A stretch of DNA of 17,139 nucleotides from Promethearchaeota archaeon. GTDB taxonomy: Archaea; Asgardarchaeota; Lokiarchaeia; Sigyniarchaeales; SOKP01. Below, piece by piece: positions 1 through 8,244 of this stretch. The stretch is from NCBI GenBank assembly GCA_018238625.1, contig JABCSY010000089.1, positions 1 through 17,139 on the forward strand. Reading direction: 5' to 3'. The translations under genes and the position numbers were made by a program. Under the pieces are notes generated by a model. It saw only the letters and a program-made list of their open reading frames with translations, ran no database searches and had not been told where the DNA came from. How positions within the stretch are numbered: position 1 is the first letter of the stretch; each line of letters begins with the position of its first letter.

Positions 1-1359
1 ATGGACAAGGATTTATCAGAAATCAAGAATTGTGACATCTATATAGAAGGACATGAAATAAAAGACATAGGAACAAACCTTGCATATAAAGCAGATAAAA
101 CAATTAATGCATCCGGCATGGTTGTTTATCCAGGGTTTATCAATACACATCATCATTTCTACCAAACATTAACACGCAACATACCAAAAGTACAGGATGT
201 TAAATTATTTGACTGGCTTGTAAATCTTTATGAAATCTGGCGTGAGATCACTCCTGAAGCAATCTACTATTCGGCTCTGGTTGCCATATCTGAATTATTA
301 CTTACAGGTTGTACAACTTCTTCTGATCATCTTTACCTTTTTCCTGAAAAAATAAATGAAAACTTAATAGATTATGAAATAAAGGCTGCAAAGGAAATGG
401 GGATACGATTTATCCCAACACGGGGAAGCATGTCACGAGGAACATCAGATGGAGGTCTTCCACCTGATGATGTAGTTCAAAAGGAAAATGAGATACTGAA
501 AGATTCAGAACAGTTGATCCAGAAATATCACAACCCTGATAAATTCTCAATGCTTAAAATTGCTCTTGCCCCCTGCTCTCCTTTTTCAGTAACACCTGAG
601 CTAATGAAACAAACTGCCCAACTGGCAAAAAAATATAATGTCCGATGTCATACACATATTGCTGAAACAGAAGATGAAAATGAATACTGTTTGAAAGAAT
701 ACGGGAAAAGACCTTTAGCTTATATGGAAGAAGTAGAATGGCTGGGACAAAATTTCTGGTATGCTCATTGTGTTCATCTCAATGATAATGAAATAAAACT
801 AATGGCACAGACAAAAACAGGTGTGGCTCACTGCCCTGTCAGTAATTTAAGACTTGGAAGCGGAATAGCACCTATAGCAAAAATGCTTGAAAACGGTATC
901 CCAATAGGTCTTGGAGTGGATGGCTCTGCCAGTAATGATTCCTCAAATTACCTCTTTGAAATGAAGACAGCCATGTTAATCCACCGCATTAAATCAGGGG
1001 TGGATTCCATGCCAGTCCGACAAGTTTTAAAAATGGCAACTAATGGAGGAGCTGAAATTCTTGGCTGGCAGGAGATTGGTTCTTTAGAAAAAGGCAAAGC
1101 AGCAGATATAGCTATTTTTAATCTAAACAAAATTGGATATGCCGGTGCCCTTCATGACAGGGCAACTGCCATTCTTTTTGCAGGAGATTCACAAATTGCA
1201 GAATATACCATTGTTAATGGCGAAATTATAGTTGAAAAAGGACAGATTAAAAAAATAAACACAGATGAAATCATCCAAAAAGCAAATTCCATTTCAGAAG
1301 AAATGGTTAAAAATGCTTCAAAAAACACAGGAATCGATTTTAACACAAAAAAGAAATAG
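1..1359 (+). CDS. Amidohydrolase, 8-oxoguanine deaminase / AtzB-like subgroup; probably 5'-partial
   Basis: Metal-binding motifs PGFINTHHHFYQTLTR, HTHIAET, AHCVH and GVDGSASND, plus the subgroup motifs SSDHLYLFP, APCSPFSV and HCPVSNLRLGSG. The Met at base 1 looks like the internal 'TMD' of homologues, so the true start probably lies just outside the window. Confidence 0.85.
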   Translation: MDKDLSEIKNCDIYIEGHEIKDIGTNLAYKADKTINASGMVVYPGFINTHHHFYQTLTRNIPKVQDVKLFDWLVNLYEIWREITPEAIYYSALVAISELLLTGCTTSSDHLYLFPEKINENLIDYEIKAAKEMGIRFIPTRGSMSRGTSDGGLPPDDVVQKENEILKDSEQLIQKYHNPDKFSMLKIALAPCSPFSVTPELMKQTAQLAKKYNVRCHTHIAETEDENEYCLKEYGKRPLAYMEEVEWLGQNFWYAHCVHLNDNEIKLMAQTKTGVAHCPVSNLRLGSGIAPIAKMLENGIPIGLGVDGSASNDSSNYLFEMKTAMLIHRIKSGVDSMPVRQVLKMATNGGAEILGWQEIGSLEKGKAADIAIFNLNKIGYAGALHDRATAILFAGDSQIAEYTIVNGEIIVEKGQIKKINTDEIIQKANSISEEMVKNASKNTGIDFNTKKK

Positions 1360-1372
1360 CAATAGAATCCGC

Positions 1373-1398
1373 TGGTTCGGGTTTCATAACCCGAACCA
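1373..1398. repeat. Perfect intergenic palindrome (11-bp stem, 4-nt loop); REP-like element or RNA hairpin
   Basis: TGGTTCGGGTT-tcat-AACCCGAACCA starts 14 nt after the amidohydrolase stop. It is GC-rich in an AT-rich background and has no downstream U-tract. Confidence 0.75.
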
Positions 1399-1475
1399 TA
1401 AAGTTTCAAAATCATTTGACTTTACTATCACCTTTAATATATTAATAATCTTAATATTTAAGAAAAGGACAAATC

Positions 1476-1958
1476 ATGAAAAATAAATATAAAGCTTTAT
1501 ATGCACCTTGGAGAATTGGATATATATTAGGTAAAAAAATCAAAGGATGTCTTTTTTGTAAATTAGCCAGACAAAATAAAGACAAAGAAAATTTTATCCT
1601 TGAAAGAAAAAAATATTGTTTTGTTGTTTTAAACCGATTCCCATATAACAATGGTCATTTAATGATTGTACCTTATAAACATGTATCCAGACTTGAAAAA
1701 CTGGATGATAAAATCTTACTGGAGATGATGAAAACATCCCAGGAATATACTGTTAAAATGAAAAAAATAATGAAAGCTGACGGTTTTAACATTGGCATTA
1801 ACATTGGGGAAATAGCAGGAGCAGGGATTGCAGATCATTTGCATCTTCATGTTGTACCCAGATGGGCAGGCGATAATAACTTTATGCCAGTTATTGGAGG
1901 GTTTAAAGTCATTTCAGAATCCTTTGAATCCGTGTATGAGAAATTAAATAATAATTGA
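1476..1958 (+). CDS. HIT-family nucleotide hydrolase (Fhit-like / Ap4A phosphorylase-like)
   Basis: LYAPWR, CLFC, LNRFPYNNGHLMIVP and the histidine triad HLHLHVVPRW. An SD-like AAGGA lies just upstream of the ATG. Confidence 0.9.
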   Translation: MKNKYKALYAPWRIGYILGKKIKGCLFCKLARQNKDKENFILERKKYCFVVLNRFPYNNGHLMIVPYKHVSRLEKLDDKILLEMMKTSQEYTVKMKKIMKADGFNIGINIGEIAGAGIADHLHLHVVPRWAGDNNFMPVIGGFKVISESFESVYEKLNNN

Positions 1959-1968
1959 TTATTATTTA
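1945..1968. repeat. Perfect 11-bp inverted repeat at the HIT/clpB collision
   Basis: TAAATAATAAT-tg-ATTATTATTTA. The arms encode the HIT C-terminal NNN on the + strand and the clpB NNN on the - strand. Confidence 0.7.
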
Positions 1969-2134
1969 CTCCTAACTTCTGAAAAAGCGGAGTAGTAATT
2001 CCATCCTTCTGTTCTATTAACGCTATTAATAAATGTATTGGCTCAATTTGCTGATTATCATTAGTCTGAGCTAATGATCGAGCAGCCATTAAAGCCTCTT
2101 GTACTTTAATCGTGAATTTATCATATTTTATCAT
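1949..2134 (-). pseudogene. clpB: Truncated ClpB: only ~62 aa of the Clp N-terminal domain
   Basis: MIKYDKFTIKVQEALMAARSLAQTNDNQQIEPIHLLIALIEQKDGITTPLFQKLGV is a typical ClpB N-terminus. It has a GGTGG SD and starts 16 nt after dnaJ. Beyond ~1949 the frame is simply antisense HIT and stops at 1847, with no AAA+ domains. Confidence 0.8.
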
Positions 2135-2150
2135 AACAATACCACCTTTT

Positions 2151-3170
2151 TTACAAACCTGTTGCTTTTAATTGTTCTAACAATTCTTTTTGTTTCTTAC
2201 TAGTTCTCTTAGGAATTTTAATTTTTACTCTTACTAATTGATTCCCTCTCTCTTCAGAGGTCATTTTATAAAACCCTTTATTTTTTAATCGCAAAATCGT
2301 AGAATCTTTTGTTCCGGCAGGAATAGTAACGTTTAGAGATTTTTCCAAACCTGGAACTTCAACTTTTCCACCAAGCGTGGCCGTGGTAAATAGAATTTCT
2401 TGATCTACGTAAATATCATCGCCTTCTCTTTCAAATGTTTTATGATTCTTTACATGGATCGCTATATACAAATCACCTGGAGAACCTCCATTTTCACCGG
2501 GCATCCCTTTTCCTTTAAGTCGTAATTTTTGTTCGTCCCTAACTCCGCGAGGAATAGTAACTGTTAGCGTTTTATTTGCTCCCGTTATAGGGTCTTTATA
2601 TTGGACCTTTCTCTTTCCTCCAAGAAATGCGTCCATAAATTTAATTTCCATGTCATACCTTAAGTCATCGCCTTCTCTAGGGATATTTCTTGAACTAGTA
2701 GACCTTGCCCTCGTGCTCCCTCCCATATTAGAGAAAACATCAAAAATATCTCCTAAATCGTTAAAAAAATCGTAACCTCCAGATGTCTGCCTTTTTCGAG
2801 AACTTCCAGCATTGCCGAATATCTCGCTAAAATCAAAATTTCCTGGTGAACCAGAGGTTGAATAATACGTAGTTCCATCTGGGCTTCGATGCACCCTTCT
2901 ACCTCCAGGTGGCCCCCTCCCTTGTTGATATGTTGATGGATCTCCTTCTACAACTCCAAACTTATCGTACATTTCTCGTTTTTTGTCGTCACTTAATAAA
3001 CCATAAGCTTCATTAATCTCTTTGAATTTTTCTCCCGATTTAGCCTCATCGGAATTCACATCTGGATGATATTTTCGAGCTAATTTTCGAAACGCTCTTT
3101 TAATTTCTTCTTTTGAAGCGTTTTTCTGTAATCCTAATATTTTATAATAATCTTTTGCCAAACTTTTCAA
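2151..3170 (-). CDS. dnaJ: DnaJ-family co-chaperone, class B / CbpA-like (no zinc finger)
   Basis: J domain (DYYKILG...KYHPD), G/F-rich linker and C-terminal domain (GKGMPG...PGDLY). There are no CxxCxGxG repeats. The start is TTG at 3170 or 3161. Confidence 0.9.
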   Translation of the reverse strand: MKSLAKDYYKILGLQKNASKEEIKRAFRKLARKYHPDVNSDEAKSGEKFKEINEAYGLLSDDKKREMYDKFGVVEGDPSTYQQGRGPPGGRRVHRSPDGTTYYSTSGSPGNFDFSEIFGNAGSSRKRQTSGGYDFFNDLGDIFDVFSNMGGSTRARSTSSRNIPREGDDLRYDMEIKFMDAFLGGKRKVQYKDPITGANKTLTVTIPRGVRDEQKLRLKGKGMPGENGGSPGDLYIAIHVKNHKTFEREGDDIYVDQEILFTTATLGGKVEVPGLEKSLNVTIPAGTKDSTILRLKNKGFYKMTSEERGNQLVRVKIKIPKRTSKKQKELLEQLKATGL

Positions 3171-3184
3171 CCCCTTCTTAATTT

Positions 3185-3211
3185 AAAAATAATAAAAAAT
3201 ATATAAAAAAA
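3185..3211 (-). terminator. Oligo-T tracts between dnaK and dnaJ; possible archaeal-type partial terminator
   Basis: T7, T6 and T5 runs on the - strand just after the dnaK stop. Confidence 0.35.
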
Positions 3212-3228
3212 TAATACTTTATTTAAAC

Positions 3229-5124
3229 TTACTCATATTCAGCGTCAACTACGCCTTCGTCTTGCCCACTAGCTTTACGGAATTGTTCTTGTTCAATTTC
3301 ATCTTGAGTTTTACCTTCATATGGGGTTCCTCCCATACCTCCAGGTGGAGCTCCTTGATACGCGCCTTGAGATTGATCTTGCTGTTGTCCATACATTCGA
3401 GATGAAACTTCGTGTAAAGAATTTTGTAAGACTTCCGTTGAGTTTTTTATGCTAACAACGTCTTCAGATTCCATCGCACTCTTCAGATCAGATATTTTTT
3501 CAAGAATATTCGATTTCAAATCTCCTACTAACGCTTCGTTTTCTTTTAGCAATTTCTCAGTTTGATAGATTAATGCCTCAGCATGATTTTTTGCTTCGAT
3601 TAATTCTTTGAATTTTTTATCCTCTTCAGCATTTCTTTCAGCTTCTCTTACTTTTTGTGCGATTTCGTCTTCACCCATCTTATTCGATGCAGTGATAGTT
3701 ATTGATTGACTTTTACCGGTTCCTTTGTCTTCTGCAGAAACGCTTATAATGCCGTTTTGGTCGATATTAAAAGATACTTCAATTTGAGGTAATCCTCTAG
3801 GAGCTGGTGGAATTCCCGTTAAATGAAACTTTCCTAAAGTTATATTATCAGCAGCTTTTGATCGTTCTCCTTGTAATACATGAATCTCCACCGCTGGTTG
3901 ATTATCGGCGGCAGTGCTAAATATTTGTTTCTTTTCCGTTGGAATCGTTGAATTTCGTTCTATTAACTTTGTAAACACTCCTCCTAAGGTCTCAATTCCT
4001 AACGATAATGGAGTGACATCTAATAACAAAAGATCTTTTACTTCTCCCGTTAAAACGCCACCTTGAACCGCAGCACCCATCGCAACGCATTCCATAGGAT
4101 CTATGCTCCTTTCTGGTACTTTCCCTAAAAAGCCTTCGAATATCTTCTGAACGCTAGGCATTCTTGTCGGTCCGCCAACTAATATAACTTTGTCAACTTC
4201 CCCTTTGTTTAACCTTGCGTCTTTTAAGGCTTTAATTATTGGAGCCTCTAATCTCTTTAAGATTGGTTCTATCAACTGCTCTAATTTAGCTCGAGTAATA
4301 TTCATTGTAAGGTGTTTTGGTCCAGAATCAGTTGATGTAATGTATGGTAAATTAATGTCTGTCGAAATTGAAGTTGATAATTCAATCTTAGCTTTTTCAA
4401 CAGCTTCTTTTACTCTCTGCATTGCCATGGAATCATTCTTTAAATCGACTCCCTCATTTTTCCTAAATTCTTCGACAAAGTAATTCACAAGAATTCTATC
4501 CATGTCCGTACCGCCTAATTGAGTATCTCCCGCTGTTGAGATTACCTCAAAGACTTGGTTATCCATTTCCATTACCGTAACATCAAATGTACCACCACCA
4601 AGATCTAATACAGCGATTTTTAAACTGACATTCTTTTTGTCCAACCCATATGCTATAGCTGCAGCAGTAGGTTCGTTAATTAAACGTTCCACATTCAACC
4701 CCGCAATCTTTCCCGCATCTTTCGTAGCTTGTCTTTGATTGTCGTTAAAATAGGCGGGTACTGTAATGATTACTTCTGTCACTTCCTCTCCTAAATAAGC
4801 GCTTGCGTCTTCCTTGATTTTTCTCAAGATCATTGCAGAAATTTCCTGTGGCTTGTATTCTTTATTGTCAATGTTAACCTTGAAAGAAGTTCCCATTTTT
4901 CGTTTTATTGCAGTAATGGTGCGATCTGGATTTGAAATTGCCTGCCTTCTCGCTGGTTCTCCTACTAGTCTTTGTCCATCCTTCGTAAATGCAACCACCG
5001 AAGGAAAAGCTTTTCCTCCTAATGTATTGCCTTCTGCACTAGGAATAATTGTAGGTTTGCCACCAACTAATACGGCAGCAGCTGAATTGGAAGTTCCTAA
5101 ATCTATACCAATTATTTTTGTCAT
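3229..5124 (-). CDS. dnaK: Chaperone DnaK (Hsp70)
   Basis: [45 protein letters not shown], linker [21 protein letters not shown] and C-terminal VVDAEYE. Confidence 0.98.
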   Translation of the reverse strand: MTKIIGIDLGTSNSAAAVLVGGKPTIIPSAEGNTLGGKAFPSVVAFTKDGQRLVGEPARRQAISNPDRTITAIKRKMGTSFKVNIDNKEYKPQEISAMILRKIKEDASAYLGEEVTEVIITVPAYFNDNQRQATKDAGKIAGLNVERLINEPTAAAIAYGLDKKNVSLKIAVLDLGGGTFDVTVMEMDNQVFEVISTAGDTQLGGTDMDRILVNYFVEEFRKNEGVDLKNDSMAMQRVKEAVEKAKIELSTSISTDINLPYITSTDSGPKHLTMNITRAKLEQLIEPILKRLEAPIIKALKDARLNKGEVDKVILVGGPTRMPSVQKIFEGFLGKVPERSIDPMECVAMGAAVQGGVLTGEVKDLLLLDVTPLSLGIETLGGVFTKLIERNSTIPTEKKQIFSTAADNQPAVEIHVLQGERSKAADNITLGKFHLTGIPPAPRGLPQIEVSFNIDQNGIISVSAEDKGTGKSQSITITASNKMGEDEIAQKVREAERNAEEDKKFKELIEAKNHAEALIYQTEKLLKENEALVGDLKSNILEKISDLKSAMESEDVVSIKNSTEVLQNSLHEVSSRMYGQQQDQSQGAYQGAPPGGMGGTPYEGKTQDEIEQEQFRKASGQDEGVVDAEYE

Positions 5125-5162
5125 TTTTTATTCACATCTTTTTTTAATTTTTTTTTTTAAAT

Positions 5163-5843
5163 TTATAATTTTAATTTTGATTTTGATATTTTAACCCCAG
5201 CGGGTTTCAATATTTTGTTATTTAAATAATAACCTTTATCTAACTCTTCTAAAACAGTATTTTCAGGGAGAACATCATTCTCTTCCACTAATAAACATTC
5301 GTGTTTGTAAGGGTCAAATCTCTCGCCCTCTGAATGCATAGGTTTCACTCCTTCATCTTCTAAGAATAATTCAAAATTATCAACAATCATTTTAAAACCT
5401 TTTTTTACCGATTCTCCCTTTTTTAACGAATCCAATACTTTCAACGCCCTATGTAAATCTTCATAGTGCTTAATTAACTTTTTCAACATTTCCTCTTTTA
5501 CTCGAAGCCTGTACCGTTCATTCTCTCGATAATTTACCTTTTTATAATTCTCAAAATCTGCTTGAACTCGTATCAATGAATTTAAGTATTTCTCAGTTTT
5601 CTCTTCTAAATCCTTTAATTGCCTTCCATCTTCTTTTAGGGTTTCAAGCTGTCTATGTAACTCAGTTTTTTTCGCATCTACATGATCAAATTTTCTTAGT
5701 AACATTTCGTATTTTTCTGCGATCTCCATAAGTCTTTTATATTTCTCTTTTGAAATCGAAACTTTGTTGTAGGGGTCCTCTAACGACCTTCGAGCGTTAA
5801 AACCTTCATCGTGATAATCTTCAAATACCATTTTTTCATCCAA
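5163..5843 (-). CDS. grpE: Nucleotide exchange factor GrpE
   Basis: RVQADFENYKK, GERFDPYKHE and KGYYLNNKILKPAGVKIS, directly upstream of dnaK. The start is TTG 5843 or ATG 5831. Confidence 0.92.
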   Translation of the reverse strand: MDEKMVFEDYHDEGFNARRSLEDPYNKVSISKEKYKRLMEIAEKYEMLLRKFDHVDAKKTELHRQLETLKEDGRQLKDLEEKTEKYLNSLIRVQADFENYKKVNYRENERYRLRVKEEMLKKLIKHYEDLHRALKVLDSLKKGESVKKGFKMIVDNFELFLEDEGVKPMHSEGERFDPYKHECLLVEENDVLPENTVLEELDKGYYLNNKILKPAGVKISKSKLKL

Positions 5844-5845
5844 AG

Positions 5846-5920
5846 TTTTGTCATCAATTCTTTTTTGTCAACAATCGATTGACAATCATTAATATACTTA
5901 TATTAATTGACCTATTTAAA
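5846..5920 (-). promoter_or_regulatory. Putative grpE-dnaK promoter with TATA box and candidate operator repeats
   Basis: TTTAAATA on the - strand at 5920-5913. Inverted repeats TTGTCAA-N7-TTGACAA (5865-5885) and ATTAATATA-ct-TATATTAAT (5888-5907). Direct repeat TTTTGTCA(T/A)CAAT at 5846 and 5863. Confidence 0.55.
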
Positions 5921-6062
5921 TGTATCGATTTTAAAAAATAAGCAGTAGAGGCTTTCTAATAGCTAAATCTTAAGAGTTCCTCAATTTGTTTCATAGTTGA
6001 AAATTCAAAAAAAAAAAATAATTTAAAAATAGAATTATATTCAATCGAAACAATTTATTCTT

Positions 6063-6845
6063 ATGATTACTTGGATTTTAGGCATAATCTTAATTATTTG
6101 GGTGATTATAAAACGATGTGCCAAAGAGGGCAAGATTAAAGGAGAGCCTCTTGGCATGCCACGCGGAACAATCAGAGCTCTAAATACCTTACTAATTGTC
6201 ACTATTCCTTTCAATTATTTGTTTGATGGTGTAGAAATTCCCGGTATGATAACAAACGCGATTTTTATTTTAATGGCTTTTTATTTTCAGACAAGAAAAA
6301 GTGGAAAAGAGAAGCTAAAGCGTGTTGTTAAATACGTAAAAAACCCAGAATTACTTGATAAAGAAGAAGAGCCCCCCAAACACCCCCTATATTTACCAAA
6401 ATTTACGGTTAGGATTTCATTAATAGTTATTTTATCAGCAATTATCATCATTAATCATTTAGGTCCTAACGTTAGCTTTGAAACAACCAATACATTGCTT
6501 GACATTTTAATAATAATTAGTTCGTATATAGTAGGTGCACTTTTTAGAAATATTAGCGTATCCAGAGAGAAAAAGCGACTTAAAAATCAAATAGAAGAAA
6601 TAGAGAATTATCAAAATCTTTCAAAATACGAAATAATTGAAAAACTCATTGACCAAGAGCCAACCTGGTTGAAACAAAAGAGTAGGAACTTTCTTTCACT
6701 CTTAACCCTAACAACTGTTATTACTTCCTTGTTGCTTTTTACGTTCAATTTGGACTATACTTTCCAAATTTTAATGTTGTTTACAGTTTCACTGAGGGAA
6801 GCTTTATTACTTGTTATCAATGTTTACTACGGTTTTAGAGACTAA
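6063..6845 (+). CDS. Uncharacterised multi-pass membrane protein with internal repeats
   Basis: About 6-7 hydrophobic segments. Repeated motifs PLGMPRGTIR / PLYLPKFTVR and AFYFQTR / NVYYGFR. Confidence 0.8.
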   Translation: MITWILGIILIIWVIIKRCAKEGKIKGEPLGMPRGTIRALNTLLIVTIPFNYLFDGVEIPGMITNAIFILMAFYFQTRKSGKEKLKRVVKYVKNPELLDKEEEPPKHPLYLPKFTVRISLIVILSAIIIINHLGPNVSFETTNTLLDILIIISSYIVGALFRNISVSREKKRLKNQIEEIENYQNLSKYEIIEKLIDQEPTWLKQKSRNFLSLLTLTTVITSLLLFTFNLDYTFQILMLFTVSLREALLLVINVYYGFRD

Positions 6846-6865
6846 ATTTAACGCAAATCAAATAA

Positions 6866-6890
6866 TTTTATTTTTTTTACTTTTTGTTTT
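6866..6890 (+). terminator. Oligo-T terminator candidate
   Basis: TTTTATTTTTTTTACTTTTTGTTTT, about 20 nt after the stop at 6845. Confidence 0.45.
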
Positions 6891-7013
6891 AAAAATTATA
6901 TATCAATATTTTGAATATAAACAAAAAGAAATAATATAAATAGTAAGTTTAATCTTAATATAAATGAATTTAGTTTTAAACAACACAATAAAAAAAAAAA
7001 GAAGACATAAGAA

Positions 7014-7214
7014 GTGATAGAAAAGATGGATATTAAATGGAAAGTGTTTAAACAATCTTTTCCACATATTTGTACCAAGTGTGGTTCGCTATCTAATATG
7101 ATCAGGGAATTTTGTGAAACATGTGGAGCTAAAGATAGCTTAAGAGCAACAGCAAAAGGAGATTGGGAAAAAGAAAAAAAAAGCAAATTTAATTTTTTAT
7201 CTAAAAATAAATAA
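7014..7214 (+). CDS. Small zinc-ribbon protein
   Basis: CTKCG-x9-CETCG and a basic C-terminus. The start is GTG 7014 or ATG 7026. Confidence 0.7.
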   Translation: MIEKMDIKWKVFKQSFPHICTKCGSLSNMIREFCETCGAKDSLRATAKGDWEKEKKSKFNFLSKNK

Positions 7215-7355
7215 AAATATTTGTTTAAATCAATATTAAAAAAAAGCTCAATAATAATAGAAGTCATAAAATTTCTATTAATTTATTTCAACGTTTTACC
7301 TTATTATTAGTAGCATAAGTAGCAAATTAAAAGTTTAAAGTTTCAACACAATTTA

Positions 7356-8195
7356 TTAAAACTCCAAAGTAATCTCGTTATCAATTTTAGGAACAATTAT
7401 TTCAATGTTTGGATGGTTTATTTCCATATATTTAAAAAATGGACCTAAATCTTCTGTTCGGCTGATTGGAGGGAAAAAATTGTCCCAATGAACGGGGATA
7501 ACTATTTTAGGTTTAAGTATGTCAATCATTATTCCTCCTTTTTTGGCAATGTTTTTTTTGCTATTCCCTGCGAGAGGAGCGATAAATACGTCGCAATTTT
7601 CATATTTCTTCAAAATATCTTCGTATTCGTGCCACAAACTTCCAAATGCAACTATACTTCTTCCGTTATAACGAGTACAAAATCCAAATACATTACCCAT
7701 GGGGAATCCCTTTCCATATTTAGATATCCTCCCAATTTGTTTCCAGACTTTCCACGAGAATAACCTACTTGCGATGGTATTAAAATCGAATTTAATGTGT
7801 TCTGATTTTATCAATTCGACTTCAATATTATCTGAAACTTGGATTTTATCAAAATATTCGCAAGGTTTTATGTTATTCTTACCATTATTTGAAATCGGAT
7901 AGGATTCGTCTTCAAGTATTTTACCTTCAGCCCATTTAATCATATTTTCTTTAGCAACTTCAGAACAATAAACAGGAATATTTAATTTTTCTGCAAACCA
8001 TCCTGCGTCAGTTACATGATCAAAATGCCCATGTGAGATAAATACAGCCTCGATATTTCTTATCTGTTCTTTCTTAGTCTTTAATATTGGTGTTGCTTGA
8101 GAGTTACGATAAAAAAAAGGGTCAAACAATAATCTTGTTCCATTTAAATCTAAAATATAGCTTGCAGTTCCAAACCAAGTAAGTTTTATTGTCAT
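7356..8195 (-). CDS. MBL-fold metallo-hydrolase (UPF0173/UlaG-like)
   Basis: LTWFGTAS, LLFDPFF, the HxHxDH motif SHGHFDHV, and IPVHWD. Confidence 0.9.
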   Translation of the reverse strand: MTIKLTWFGTASYILDLNGTRLLFDPFFYRNSQATPILKTKKEQIRNIEAVFISHGHFDHVTDAGWFAEKLNIPVYCSEVAKENMIKWAEGKILEDESYPISNNGKNNIKPCEYFDKIQVSDNIEVELIKSEHIKFDFNTIASRLFSWKVWKQIGRISKYGKGFPMGNVFGFCTRYNGRSIVAFGSLWHEYEDILKKYENCDVFIAPLAGNSKKNIAKKGGIMIDILKPKIVIPVHWDNFFPPISRTEDLGPFFKYMEINHPNIEIIVPKIDNEITLEF

Positions 8196-8244
8196 TTTTT
8201 AAATCTTTTATAATGAATTTTGCGAATTCTAATTAAGATTAAAT

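Noticed and set aside
948-1651. ORFs 948..1130, 1152..1415, 1265..1486 and 1451..1651
   Set aside because: These are shadow ORFs overlapping the amidohydrolase or HIT genes, with no motifs.
1847-1948. C-terminal 33 aa of the 95-aa ORF 1847..2134
   Set aside because: It is the antisense reading of the HIT gene and has no ClpB character, so the ORF is not a real 95-aa protein.
4190-5194. Antisense ORFs 4190..4483 and 4814..5194 inside dnaK
   Set aside because: Antisense frames are common opposite hsp70 genes, and these have no independent coding signal.
5844-6062. CIRCE element or hrcA gene upstream of grpE
   Set aside because: There is no TTAGCACTC-N9-GAGTGCTAA match and no hrcA-like ORF.
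6896-7267. 123-aa hydrophobic ORF on the - strand
   Set aside because: Its F/L/I richness comes from poly-A/T runs, and it is antisense to the more convincing Zn-ribbon ORF.
7309-7348. Short repeats (AGTAGCA x2, AAAGTTT x2) and a GTTTCAAC resembling the start of a CRISPR repeat
   Set aside because: There is no repeat-spacer periodicity and no cas gene, and such short matches are expected by chance.
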